DNA of 64,000 bases. It comes from Bacilli bacterium. GTDB taxonomy: Bacteria; Bacillota_I; Bacilli_A; RFN20; CAG-826. A program made the translations under genes and the position numbers. Of this stretch, positions 1 through 8,077 are shown piece by piece. The stretch spans positions 96,001-160,000 of the forward strand of contig JAZQOV010000006.1 in the NCBI GenBank assembly GCA_045628045.1. The letters are read 5' to 3'. Under the pieces are notes generated by a model, which was not told where the DNA came from, made no database searches, and saw only the letters and a program-made list of their open reading frames with translations. Numbering within the stretch: the stretch's first letter is position 1; every line of letters begins with the position of its first letter.

Positions 1-1228
1 CAGGAAGTTTGATCTTCGAACCAAGAACTTCAAGAGTTCTATTTTTAATAGAGCAGTCAAATGTATTTGTGGTAGGAATTCTTGAGCAAATTGTTTTTTC
101 TGTTTTTGCATCAAAGAAATGAGCTTTTTTAACATTAATAGCAGCTTCAACAACATCTCCTGCTTTTAAACCTAAACCTGTTTTATAGTTTTTAACTATA
201 ATTGATGTTGAGTTATCACTAAAGTCCTTATTATTAATATTCACATCACCATAAACGAGTGTTTCGTTGCCAAGTTCTTCAAAGTGAGAAATTTTAATTT
301 TAATTTTGGCATCAGATTTCTTAACAACTTCTGGATCGATGCTAACGTCTTCACAACGAATACCAAGAATAACTGGTTTTTCTTTATAGAAATAAGATTG
401 GTCAACTCTAATAACATCATCGAGTTTGGCGTGAATTTCATCACCTGTTTTGGCAAATTTAATTGCAACATCATCTTTCTTTCTATTTAAAGTAACATCA
501 AAGAAGCTCATTTGTGGAGTTCCGATAAATCCAGCAACGAACTTGTTTTCAGGATAATTATAGAGGTTAATTGGAGTATCAATTTGTTGAATGTAACCGA
601 GTTTCATAACAACAACTCTACTTCCAAGAGTCATAGCTTCTACTTGATCGTGTGTAACATAAATAAATGTTGTTTTAAGTTGATTATGGAGTTTTGCAAT
701 TTCAGCACGCATTTCAGTTCTTAATTTGGCATCAAGATTTGAAAGAGGTTCGTCAAGTAAGAAAACCTTTGGATTTCTTAGAATAGCTCTACCTAAGGCG
801 ACACGTTGACGTTGACCACCAGAAAGTGCTTTTGGTTTTCTGTTTAAATATTCAGTGATTTTTAAAGCATTGGCAGCCCATAAAACCTTCTTATGAATTT
901 CCTCTTGAGGAACATGCCTTAAACGTAAGCCAAATGCCATATTATCGTATACTGACATATGTGGATAAAAAGCATAGTTCTGGAAAACCATTGAAATATC
1001 ACGGTCTTTTGGCTCTACGTTATTGACGAGTTCATCATCAATATAAAGTTCACCAGCAGAAATCTCTTCAAGACCTGCAATCATTCTTAAAGTAGTTGAT
1101 TTACCACATCCAGATGGGCCAACGAAAACGATGAATTCGTCATCATTAATCTCCATATTAAAATCATTAACAGCTTTAACGCCGTTTGGATAGACTTTGT
1201 ACATGTGTCTTAAACTTAATTTTGCCAT
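1..1228 (-). CDS. msmX: Sugar ABC transporter ATP-binding protein (MsmX/MalK family); 3' end runs off the window
   Basis: Not in the ORF track because no stop lies in the window. Manual translation from ATG 1228 gives MAKLSLRHMYKVYPNG...GPSGCGKSTT (Walker A), LSGGQRQR signature and FLLDEPLSNLD (Walker B). SD AAGGAG upstream. Confidence 0.93.
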   Translation of the reverse strand, partial: MAKLSLRHMYKVYPNGVKAVNDFNMEINDDEFIVFVGPSGCGKSTTLRMIAGLEEISAGELYIDDELVNNVEPKDRDISMVFQNYAFYPHMSVYDNMAFGLRLRHVPQEEIHKKVLWAANALKITEYLNRKPKALSGGQRQRVALGRAILRNPKVFLLDEPLSNLDAKLRTEMRAEIAKLHNQLKTTFIYVTHDQVEAMTLGSRVVVMKLGYIQQIDTPINLYNYPENKFVAGFIGTPQMSFFDVTLNRKKDDVAIKFAKTGDEIHAKLDDVIRVDQSYFYKEKPVILGIRCEDVSIDPEVVKKSDAKIKIKISHFEELGNETLVYGDVNINNKDFSDNSTSIIVKNYKTGLGLKAGDVVEAAINVKKAHFFDAKTEKTICSRIPTTNTFDCSIKNRTLEVLGSKIKLP

Positions 1229-1240
1229 ATTGTTTTCTCC

Positions 1241-2830
1241 TTAACCAATTATTGCAATTCCTTGTTCAGGAACAGTTAAAACTGTTCCTTTTATTGAGCT
1301 CTTTCCGTTTGGTGAAATTTCATCAAGCAAAGAGCATTTTAATCCATACTTACTAAAATCAAATTTGGCAGAATAACTTACTGAGAAATTAACTGCACAA
1401 TAAATTGTTTCATTGTTATAAGTTCTTTTAATAACACCAAATGTATCAGCGTCATTGACATAAACTGTTGAGAAATCTCCTCTAGCAAGCTGAGGGAATT
1501 CTCTTCTTAATCTATTTGCTCTCTTAACATAGTTAAGAATAGATTTTTTATCTTTCATTTGTTCTTTTACATTCTCGTAAGGATAAGCATCATCATGATT
1601 ATATGAAATAGTTCCAGATGGATCTTTGCAAACATAATTATCGCCCCAATCCATTGGTAAGCGTTTATTTGGGTCATTATTTGTTGCGTTACTTGGCACC
1701 GCCATTCCAATTTCATCACCATAATATGTATAGGTAACTCCTGGCATTAATTCAAGTAAACCAAGACCAAATTTGGCGTTATTTGATGAACTTCTGCCTG
1801 CAACTGCGCCAACAGATCTTCCAGTGTCATGATTTGCAATGAATACCGCAGGCATTCCTTGTTGGGCAACTTCTTTATTGGAAGCAAAGCTTCCAAAATA
1901 ACGAGAAAAGTTTTGTCTTTTTAAAGAGCTTCCAATATTTCCATCTGCATTTGCATTAGCGAAATTAAAGAATGAATCAATGCCTGAAGCTTGATATTCT
2001 TTATTTTGGGCACTATTTGCAGTCCAATCGCCTTCACCTACAATGTAGCAACTTGGTTTTAAACGTTTTGCAGTATTATTAATCCAAGTTAAAACTGCTT
2101 TATTATTTGTAGTGTTTTTATTGCAATATTCATTAACGGCGTCAAGTCTAAATCCATCAATATTATGATCGACCAACCAAAATTTCATAACATCTTCTAA
2201 ATCTTTGGCCAAATAGCATTGATCATTTTCAATGATAGATTCAAGATTTAAGTCAGGCATTCCTGAGTTAAATGAGCCTTCATAAATCCATGTGTTACTT
2301 CCTGGAACTGAATGCCATCCAGTGCTTGGCACTCCTCTTACAAAATTATAGTAATTGTAATATTGATCATCAGGACGATTTCTATTATGTGCATCACAAG
2401 CTTTTAAGAACCACTCATTTGCACTTGAAGTGTGATTAATAACTAAATCAAGTAAGATAGTCATTCCTTTTTCATGACATTTATTAACTAATTCATCATA
2501 ATCTTCAAGAGTTCCAAAGGTCGGATCAATGCTCTTATAATTCATGACATCGTATTTATGGTATGAATTGCTCTTGTGAATTGGGGTAAGCCAAATTCCG
2601 GTGTAATTCATATCCTTGATATAATCAAGTTTATCAATTATTCCTCTAATATCACCATAACCATCGCCATTACTATCAGCAAAAGAAATTGGCATAATTT
2701 GGTAAATATTTCTGAAATTATCGTTAATTTCGTTTAAAGGAACCTTCTTATCACATCCACAAGCGACCGCGCTTAAAGGAAGTATGCACGCACACATTAT
2801 AAATTTATTAAAAAGATTAAGTCTTTTCAT
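1241..2830 (-). CDS. Lipoprotein alpha-amylase, GH13 (likely GH13_36)
   Basis: Start revised to ATG 2830 (MKRLNLF..., SD AAGGA, next to the malG stop). Lipobox LSAVAC/GC; DSNGDGYGD Ca loop; MPDLN signature; catalytic motifs GFRLDAV, VGE, NHD. Confidence 0.9.
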   Translation of the reverse strand: MKRLNLFNKFIMCACILPLSAVACGCDKKVPLNEINDNFRNIYQIMPISFADSNGDGYGDIRGIIDKLDYIKDMNYTGIWLTPIHKSNSYHKYDVMNYKSIDPTFGTLEDYDELVNKCHEKGMTILLDLVINHTSSANEWFLKACDAHNRNRPDDQYYNYYNFVRGVPSTGWHSVPGSNTWIYEGSFNSGMPDLNLESIIENDQCYLAKDLEDVMKFWLVDHNIDGFRLDAVNEYCNKNTTNNKAVLTWINNTAKRLKPSCYIVGEGDWTANSAQNKEYQASGIDSFFNFANANADGNIGSSLKRQNFSRYFGSFASNKEVAQQGMPAVFIANHDTGRSVGAVAGRSSSNNAKFGLGLLELMPGVTYTYYGDEIGMAVPSNATNNDPNKRLPMDWGDNYVCKDPSGTISYNHDDAYPYENVKEQMKDKKSILNYVKRANRLRREFPQLARGDFSTVYVNDADTFGVIKRTYNNETIYCAVNFSVSYSAKFDFSKYGLKCSLLDEISPNGKSSIKGTVLTVPEQGIAIIG

Positions 2831-2831
2831 T

Positions 2832-3731
2832 TTATCCTTTAACCGCTCCGCCGGTAACACCTTCAACATAGAATTTCTGTAGCCATAAGAACAAAATAAC
2901 AATCGGCACCGAAACAATAATGCCTGCGGCACAGAATCTAGTGAAGTAATAACATTGACCTTCCATTGTAGTCCATTCTTGTAATCCAACAGCGACTGTA
3001 TATTTCTCTTTTTCAGCACCTAATAAGTATGATGCCATCATAAAGTCACCCCATGGTCCAATGAATGAATTTAATAAGGTGTAAACAACAATTGGTTTTG
3101 AAAGTGGAAGAATAATCTTCCAGAAAACTTGGTTTTTACTTGCGCCATCAATCATTGCAGCTTCATCAAGCGAACGGGAAATCGTATCAAAGAAACCTTT
3201 AGAAATGTAATAGTTCATTGCTGATCCAGAAATATAAACAAGGATTAATCCTACTGGTGACGTCTTTAAACCAATTAATTTAAGAAGATTGTAAATAGCA
3301 ATCATTGTTAAAAATCCTGGGAACATTCCAAGAATTAACATGAATTGCATTAATTGTTTTCTTCCTTTAAATCTTAGTCTAGAAAGTGTATAAGCTGTCA
3401 TTAATGACAGAACTGTTTGAATTAATGCTGTAACTAAAGCAATAATTAAAGTATTTAAATACCATCTTCCAAATTTGGAAGTATCACGATAAACACCACC
3501 GCTTGAGAAAATTGGATTATCCATCTTTTTAAAGAGGGCTAGATAATTATCAAATGTCCAAGTTCTTGGAAGTAAGTGGTTTGAAATTGCAGGTGAAGAA
3601 CCTTCAAAAGATGTAAACAACAAATAAACAAATGGGAAGACCCAAATAATTGATAATACGCCAAGGAAAATATAAATTGCACTATTTGCAATAGTGGATT
3701 TTACTTTGGCATTTGCTTTTCTTTTAGCCAT
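2832..3731 (-). CDS. malG: Maltodextrin ABC transporter permease (MalG/MalD-like)
   Basis: About 6 TM segments, EAA loop LDEAAMIDGAS, C-terminal GGAVKG. Confidence 0.92.
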   Translation of the reverse strand: MAKRKANAKVKSTIANSAIYIFLGVLSIIWVFPFVYLLFTSFEGSSPAISNHLLPRTWTFDNYLALFKKMDNPIFSSGGVYRDTSKFGRWYLNTLIIALVTALIQTVLSLMTAYTLSRLRFKGRKQLMQFMLILGMFPGFLTMIAIYNLLKLIGLKTSPVGLILVYISGSAMNYYISKGFFDTISRSLDEAAMIDGASKNQVFWKIILPLSKPIVVYTLLNSFIGPWGDFMMASYLLGAEKEKYTVAVGLQEWTTMEGQCYYFTRFCAAGIIVSVPIVILFLWLQKFYVEGVTGGAVKG

Positions 3732-5254
3732 TATTGGAAATCCTCCTCATTCTTAAAGCTCTTACTTCTTGTAAATGTTATTAATGAAGCAACAGCACAT
3801 AAAACGAACATGAATAAACCAATGACAGATGCAAGACCGTATTTTTTGGCTTGATCATTAACAGTTAATTCATATAACCACGTAATTAATAAGCTTGTTC
3901 TTTGAGCTTTTGGGTGTAATAAGGTATCAGTAAGTGCTGTGTTGCCACTAGTTAACAAGAAAATAACGTTAAAGTTATTTAAGTTTCCAATAAATGAAGT
4001 GATTAACGATGGAGCCATAACGAACATCATATAAGGAAGTGTGATGTTCGTGTAAGTTTTAAACGGACTAGCACCATCGATTTTGGCAGCCTCATAAAGA
4101 TCGCTTGGAATGTTCATTAAAATTCCAGTACAAGATAAAACAGTAAATGGAATACCAACCCAAAGGTTAACAATAACAACTGTAACTTTGGCAATTGTTG
4201 GATCCGCAAGCCAGTTAACGCTATTTAAGCCAACTGACTTTAAAATAACGTTATAAATACCATCATAGGCACCAGATAAAAGCATATTTTTCATTAATAA
4301 TAATGAAATAAACTGAGGAACTGCGATAGTTGTAACCAAACATGCTCTCCAGAATTTTTTAAGTTTAATGCCTTTTTTGTTAATAATAATTGCGACAAGC
4401 ATGCCAAGGAAGAAGCAGCTGAATGTTGCTAAAACTGCCCAAATAAGAGTCCAACCCAATACAACTTTAAATGTATAAGCGAACTGTTGATCTTGGTAGT
4501 CACCTTCAGCTCCTGCAACAGAAAACAAAGTTTTAAAGTTATCAGTTCCACACCAACCAAATAATTTATTTGGCGGATAGTGGCCTGCATCGAAGTTTGT
4601 AAATGCAACAGTAATCATGAATATTAATGGGATTACAGTAAAAAGGAACATTCCAATCATTGGAAAGGCCAAAAGAGTACGATGGTAATACTTATTACCA
4701 AGTTGTCTTAAATCATCTCTGTCAGAAACTAATTTTTTGTTAATTTGTTTAAAGCGATAGTTTTCATATGCTTGCTTGATGTTCTGATACCATAAAAACA
4801 AAGTACATCCAATTATGAGTATTGTGACAATTGAGAACAATAAAATATAGAATGAGTTATCAGGATTATTTGCAATAAATCCAGACTCTGATTTTGATGC
4901 TTCTACAGTTCCAAGTGAACCAATTTTGGAGAGATATTTCCATCCAAAGAAGATCATGTAAACTATAAAAGCAATTTCATAACCTAAATATAAAAAACCT
5001 CTAAGGTATTGTTTGTGTCTAATGCATCCGATGCCCATTACGCCATAGGAGACTCTTGTGGCTGTATCACCGTATTTAAACATTCTCCCTAAATTTAAAA
5101 AGAAATAGCCAATTCTTTTAATTAATTTCCAGATTCCAAAAGGAATGCTTTTAAAAAATTTGCCTATTTGCAAGAAAAAATTCTTAAATCCGTGTTTTAT
5201 ATTTGAAATAAAACGTTGGCCTTTCGACAAGCCAAGATATTCTAAATCAGTCAT
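3731..5254 (-). CDS. malF: Maltodextrin ABC transporter permease (MalF/MalC-like)
   Basis: Multiple TM segments, EAA loop LYEAAKIDGAS, FNVIFLLT motif; stop/start overlap with malG. Confidence 0.92.
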   Translation of the reverse strand: MTDLEYLGLSKGQRFISNIKHGFKNFFLQIGKFFKSIPFGIWKLIKRIGYFFLNLGRMFKYGDTATRVSYGVMGIGCIRHKQYLRGFLYLGYEIAFIVYMIFFGWKYLSKIGSLGTVEASKSESGFIANNPDNSFYILLFSIVTILIIGCTLFLWYQNIKQAYENYRFKQINKKLVSDRDDLRQLGNKYYHRTLLAFPMIGMFLFTVIPLIFMITVAFTNFDAGHYPPNKLFGWCGTDNFKTLFSVAGAEGDYQDQQFAYTFKVVLGWTLIWAVLATFSCFFLGMLVAIIINKKGIKLKKFWRACLVTTIAVPQFISLLLMKNMLLSGAYDGIYNVILKSVGLNSVNWLADPTIAKVTVVIVNLWVGIPFTVLSCTGILMNIPSDLYEAAKIDGASPFKTYTNITLPYMMFVMAPSLITSFIGNLNNFNVIFLLTSGNTALTDTLLHPKAQRTSLLITWLYELTVNDQAKKYGLASVIGLFMFVLCAVASLITFTRSKSFKNEEDFQ

Positions 5255-5270
5255 AAATGCCTCCTTACTA

Positions 5271-5300
5271 AATAAAGAGGGTGGACAAAGTCCACCCTCT
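5271..5300 (-). terminator. Intercistronic stem-loop (partial terminator / mRNA stabiliser) between malE and malF
   Basis: Perfect 11-bp stem AGAGGGTGGAC-3nt-GTCCACCCTCT (5276-5300), followed on the minus strand by TTATTT. Confidence 0.8.
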
Positions 5301-5312
5301 AAAAACTACAAA

Positions 5313-6755
5313 TCAAGCAGTAGTTTCAATTGATTTTTGTAAGTTGTAAAGCTCGTTATCAAGGGCTTGAACATTCTTATATTGACCTGGGTTTGTACCT
5401 TTATCAACATAGTTGAATACGCCAAGACCTAAGTTTGCGATTGGTGTCCAGAAGTTTTGTGGGACACAGTCTTGAACTCTGAATCCTGGTTTGCCGTTTT
5501 CGTCAACTCTTGCACATTCATCATTTAACGCTTTAATGAATGGGTTTGCAGCGACAACAGGATCTGCTTGAGCTTGTAAATTTGATGGTCCAGCATTTGT
5601 AGCATTGAAACGCATCATTGAGACATCATAACCTGCAAGATATTCAGCAAAGTCATGTAATTGAGCTAAGCTTTCTTCTGACTTTCTTGCATATTTTGAC
5701 CATGGATTAACACCCATAAGTTTATAACCGTTGAATGTTTTCCACATATATTTTGTGCCATCACCACCATATTGAGCACATTTTGCTTCGAGCATTGGTA
5801 ATGATTGACATGCATAATTTTCACCCCAGTTAGTCTTGAGGTTACCGTTATTCCAACAGACAATACCTGCTAATAATTTCTCTTCACCTTCTTTTGAGTA
5901 GGTGTTTGCATATGTGTTGTAGTTGGAATCATCTAAGAAATCAAAGTGTTCATTAATTGATCCATCTTCATTTGTGTATGAGTTAACCATACAACGAATT
6001 GCATCTTCACCGCGTTTGAAATCTCTACGACCATCTACCATGTCATAAGCGAAGTTACAGCTAGATTTTGTTTGTTTGCCTGTTTCTTCATCAAATGAGA
6101 CTTCGTAATCGGCTCCGACACCGAAATACATACCGCATTGATACCAAGCAGTACCTGCTGGCCATACAACTTTAGCAGCACCCCATTTTTCGTGTCCTGC
6201 TTGAACTCCTCTTTCATCAAGAGCAGCGTAAAGATCTCTAAATGTGTAGCCATCAACTAATTTGTCATTGGCTGCATCCCAAATAGCAGTATCTTTGAAT
6301 GCATCTTTATTATAAATAAAGACGAAACCGTTATCAGCAGTGATTGGGTAAGCTAAATACTTTCCGCCAAATTTGCCTGCTTCAACAGCACCAGAGACAT
6401 GTTCTGCTTGAACTCTTGCGAGTCTTTCACCTTGGATTGGTGATAAGGCGCCCATTAAATCAATATCGATTAATTGGTCGTTAGGGAATGTGAAGATTTC
6501 ACCAGCAGCTTCAACGTCCTTGGAAATGTTTCCATTTGCGCCTGCATCGCCTAAAGCAGAGAATTTCACTTCAGCATCAAATTCTGGGTGAGCTTCTTTG
6601 TACTTAGCAGCAGCTTGCAAATAGACTTCTTCGTGTTCAGCAGGGCCCCAAATATTAACAACATTGGATTCTTTGCCACATGAAGATAGGCCCACCATTG
6701 CAGTTACAACTAACCCTGCAAGTGGGAGCGCTTTCAATTTTGAAATACTTTTCAT
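5313..6755 (-). CDS. malE: Maltodextrin-binding lipoprotein (ABC solute-binding protein)
   Basis: Lipobox GLSSC; FTFPNDQL, AYPITADNG and GYKLMGVN motifs of maltodextrin SBPs; SD AAGGAG; TGA stop. Confidence 0.85.
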   Translation of the reverse strand: MKSISKLKALPLAGLVVTAMVGLSSCGKESNVVNIWGPAEHEEVYLQAAAKYKEAHPEFDAEVKFSALGDAGANGNISKDVEAAGEIFTFPNDQLIDIDLMGALSPIQGERLARVQAEHVSGAVEAGKFGGKYLAYPITADNGFVFIYNKDAFKDTAIWDAANDKLVDGYTFRDLYAALDERGVQAGHEKWGAAKVVWPAGTAWYQCGMYFGVGADYEVSFDEETGKQTKSSCNFAYDMVDGRRDFKRGEDAIRCMVNSYTNEDGSINEHFDFLDDSNYNTYANTYSKEGEEKLLAGIVCWNNGNLKTNWGENYACQSLPMLEAKCAQYGGDGTKYMWKTFNGYKLMGVNPWSKYARKSEESLAQLHDFAEYLAGYDVSMMRFNATNAGPSNLQAQADPVVAANPFIKALNDECARVDENGKPGFRVQDCVPQNFWTPIANLGLGVFNYVDKGTNPGQYKNVQALDNELYNLQKSIETTA

Positions 6756-6773
6756 ACTTTCTCCTTTTGTTGA

Positions 6774-6860
6774 TTGAATATATATTCAAACTGATACTAA
6801 AATTATACCACGGCCAAATAAAAATACGAAATATTTCTTTGAAATATGTAAACATTTCTA
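6774..6860 (-). promoter_or_regulatory. malE promoter region: extended -10, downstream 16-bp palindrome, upstream cre/MalR-like box
   Basis: Minus strand TGgTATAAT (-10 at 6802-6807); perfect palindrome TTGAATATATATTCAA 6774-6789; TGTAAACATTTCTA 6847-6860. Confidence 0.65.
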
Positions 6861-6892
6861 CTTTTTTCAGAAAAAATAAATATAATAAAATT

Positions 6893-7375
6893 ATGAAATT
6901 AAAAAAATTTAGAATCTCTTATGTTGCCTTAGTTATTGTGCTTATGCTTTTAGCAGTAGGTGCAATTGTTTATACTTTTTTAGCAAGAGCTTTCTCACTT
7001 TACACAAGCACTGGAATGTTTTTTATAAACATTATTAGTTATGGAGCATGTCTTTTCTTCTGTTTCTTTCAACTAAGATTAATTATTCAATCTTTTAGAA
7101 ACGGAACTTTGCTTTTGAACCAAATTTGTTTCACTCCTAATCACAAAAGAAGAAAAATAACCGGCATAATTGCATCGGTTATCTTTCTAATTTCAATTAC
7201 TCAAATTGTTATTTTTCTTCTATTAAGATTTAACATATTTTCTTCAACCAATATAGAAGAATATCTCACTTATGAGTATCTAATTTTCTTCGGCTTTTTC
7301 TTATTTATTGAAAGCTATATTTTATTATCGTATTACGTATTTTTACGTCTAGATGATCAAACATCAGTTAAGTAA
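6893..7375 (+). CDS. Hypothetical membrane protein (about 4 TM)
   Basis: Start revised to ATG 6893 (MKLKKFRIS...), 6 nt after TATAAT. The upstream part of the listed ORF overlaps malE and is probably spurious. Confidence 0.7.
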   Translation: MKLKKFRISYVALVIVLMLLAVGAIVYTFLARAFSLYTSTGMFFINIISYGACLFFCFFQLRLIIQSFRNGTLLLNQICFTPNHKRRKITGIIASVIFLISITQIVIFLLLRFNIFSSTNIEEYLTYEYLIFFGFFLFIESYILLSYYVFLRLDDQTSVK

Positions 7376-8077
7376 ATTATAAGAAGCTTCTTGAATTAAA
7401 GTGCCACACGCATTCGTGCTGGCATTTTTAATTTTTGATTCATTATAAACAAGTAAACCTTGTTTATTAATCCACATTTTTTGCGAAGCTAAAATGTTAT
7501 TCCCGCGATCAATATCTAAATATTCAAAGCCAATATTTTCATTTTCTTCGTCAATTTTAACGTAATTAGAAATTTGCTTATATTGATTTATGAAATAGTC
7601 TCCATAATAAAGCCCGCCATAAGGATAACCAGTCCAAGATAGATAAAAAATGCGATTGTAGTAATCTGAAGCTTGATCTAGTGAAATTGACTCTGTATCT
7701 ACTTCATCACTCGATAAATCAGTGATGAGTAATGTTGCACCAGAATCAGAACAATTAATCTCGATTTTTTTATCTTTGTTTTCTAAAGACTGATCACCGC
7801 TATAGGAATAAATTGCAACAATAGAAAAATTAAACTGCGACTCTTTCAAAAAATCACAAGTGATTATGTGCGAAGAATAAACCTTGTTCTCAGAGTTTAC
7901 TTCTTCATAAGTCTCAATAAAATGACCGTTTTTAACGTAGTCAAAAGCATCATAGTAATTAAACTTTTCAAAATATTTCATTACATTAGAAGGTATGGAA
8001 AGTTTCTTTCCACACCCTGATAAAAATAATGTTGGAATAATTAAGATTAATTTATTTAACTGCGATAATCGTTTCAT
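7364..8077 (-). CDS. Hypothetical lipoprotein
   Basis: MKRLSQLNKLILIIPTLFLSGC signal peptide with lipobox LSGC; aromatic-rich; overlaps the pullulanase 3' end. Confidence 0.75.
   Translation of the reverse strand: MKRLSQLNKLILIIPTLFLSGCGKKLSIPSNVMKYFEKFNYYDAFDYVKNGHFIETYEEVNSENKVYSSHIITCDFLKESQFNFSIVAIYSYSGDQSLENKDKKIEINCSDSGATLLITDLSSDEVDTESISLDQASDYYNRIFYLSWTGYPYGGLYYGDYFINQYKQISNYVKIDEENENIGFEYLDIDRGNNILASQKMWINKQGLLVYNESKIKNASTNACGTLIQEASYNLLN

Noticed and set aside
241-724. Short ORFs 241-474, 284-490 and 512-724
   Set aside because: Shadow frames of msmX, which the ORF track missed because its stop is outside the window.
2831-3019. 63-aa N-terminal extension of the amylase ORF
   Set aside because: It overlaps malG in another frame. 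The SD and signal peptide point to ATG 2830.
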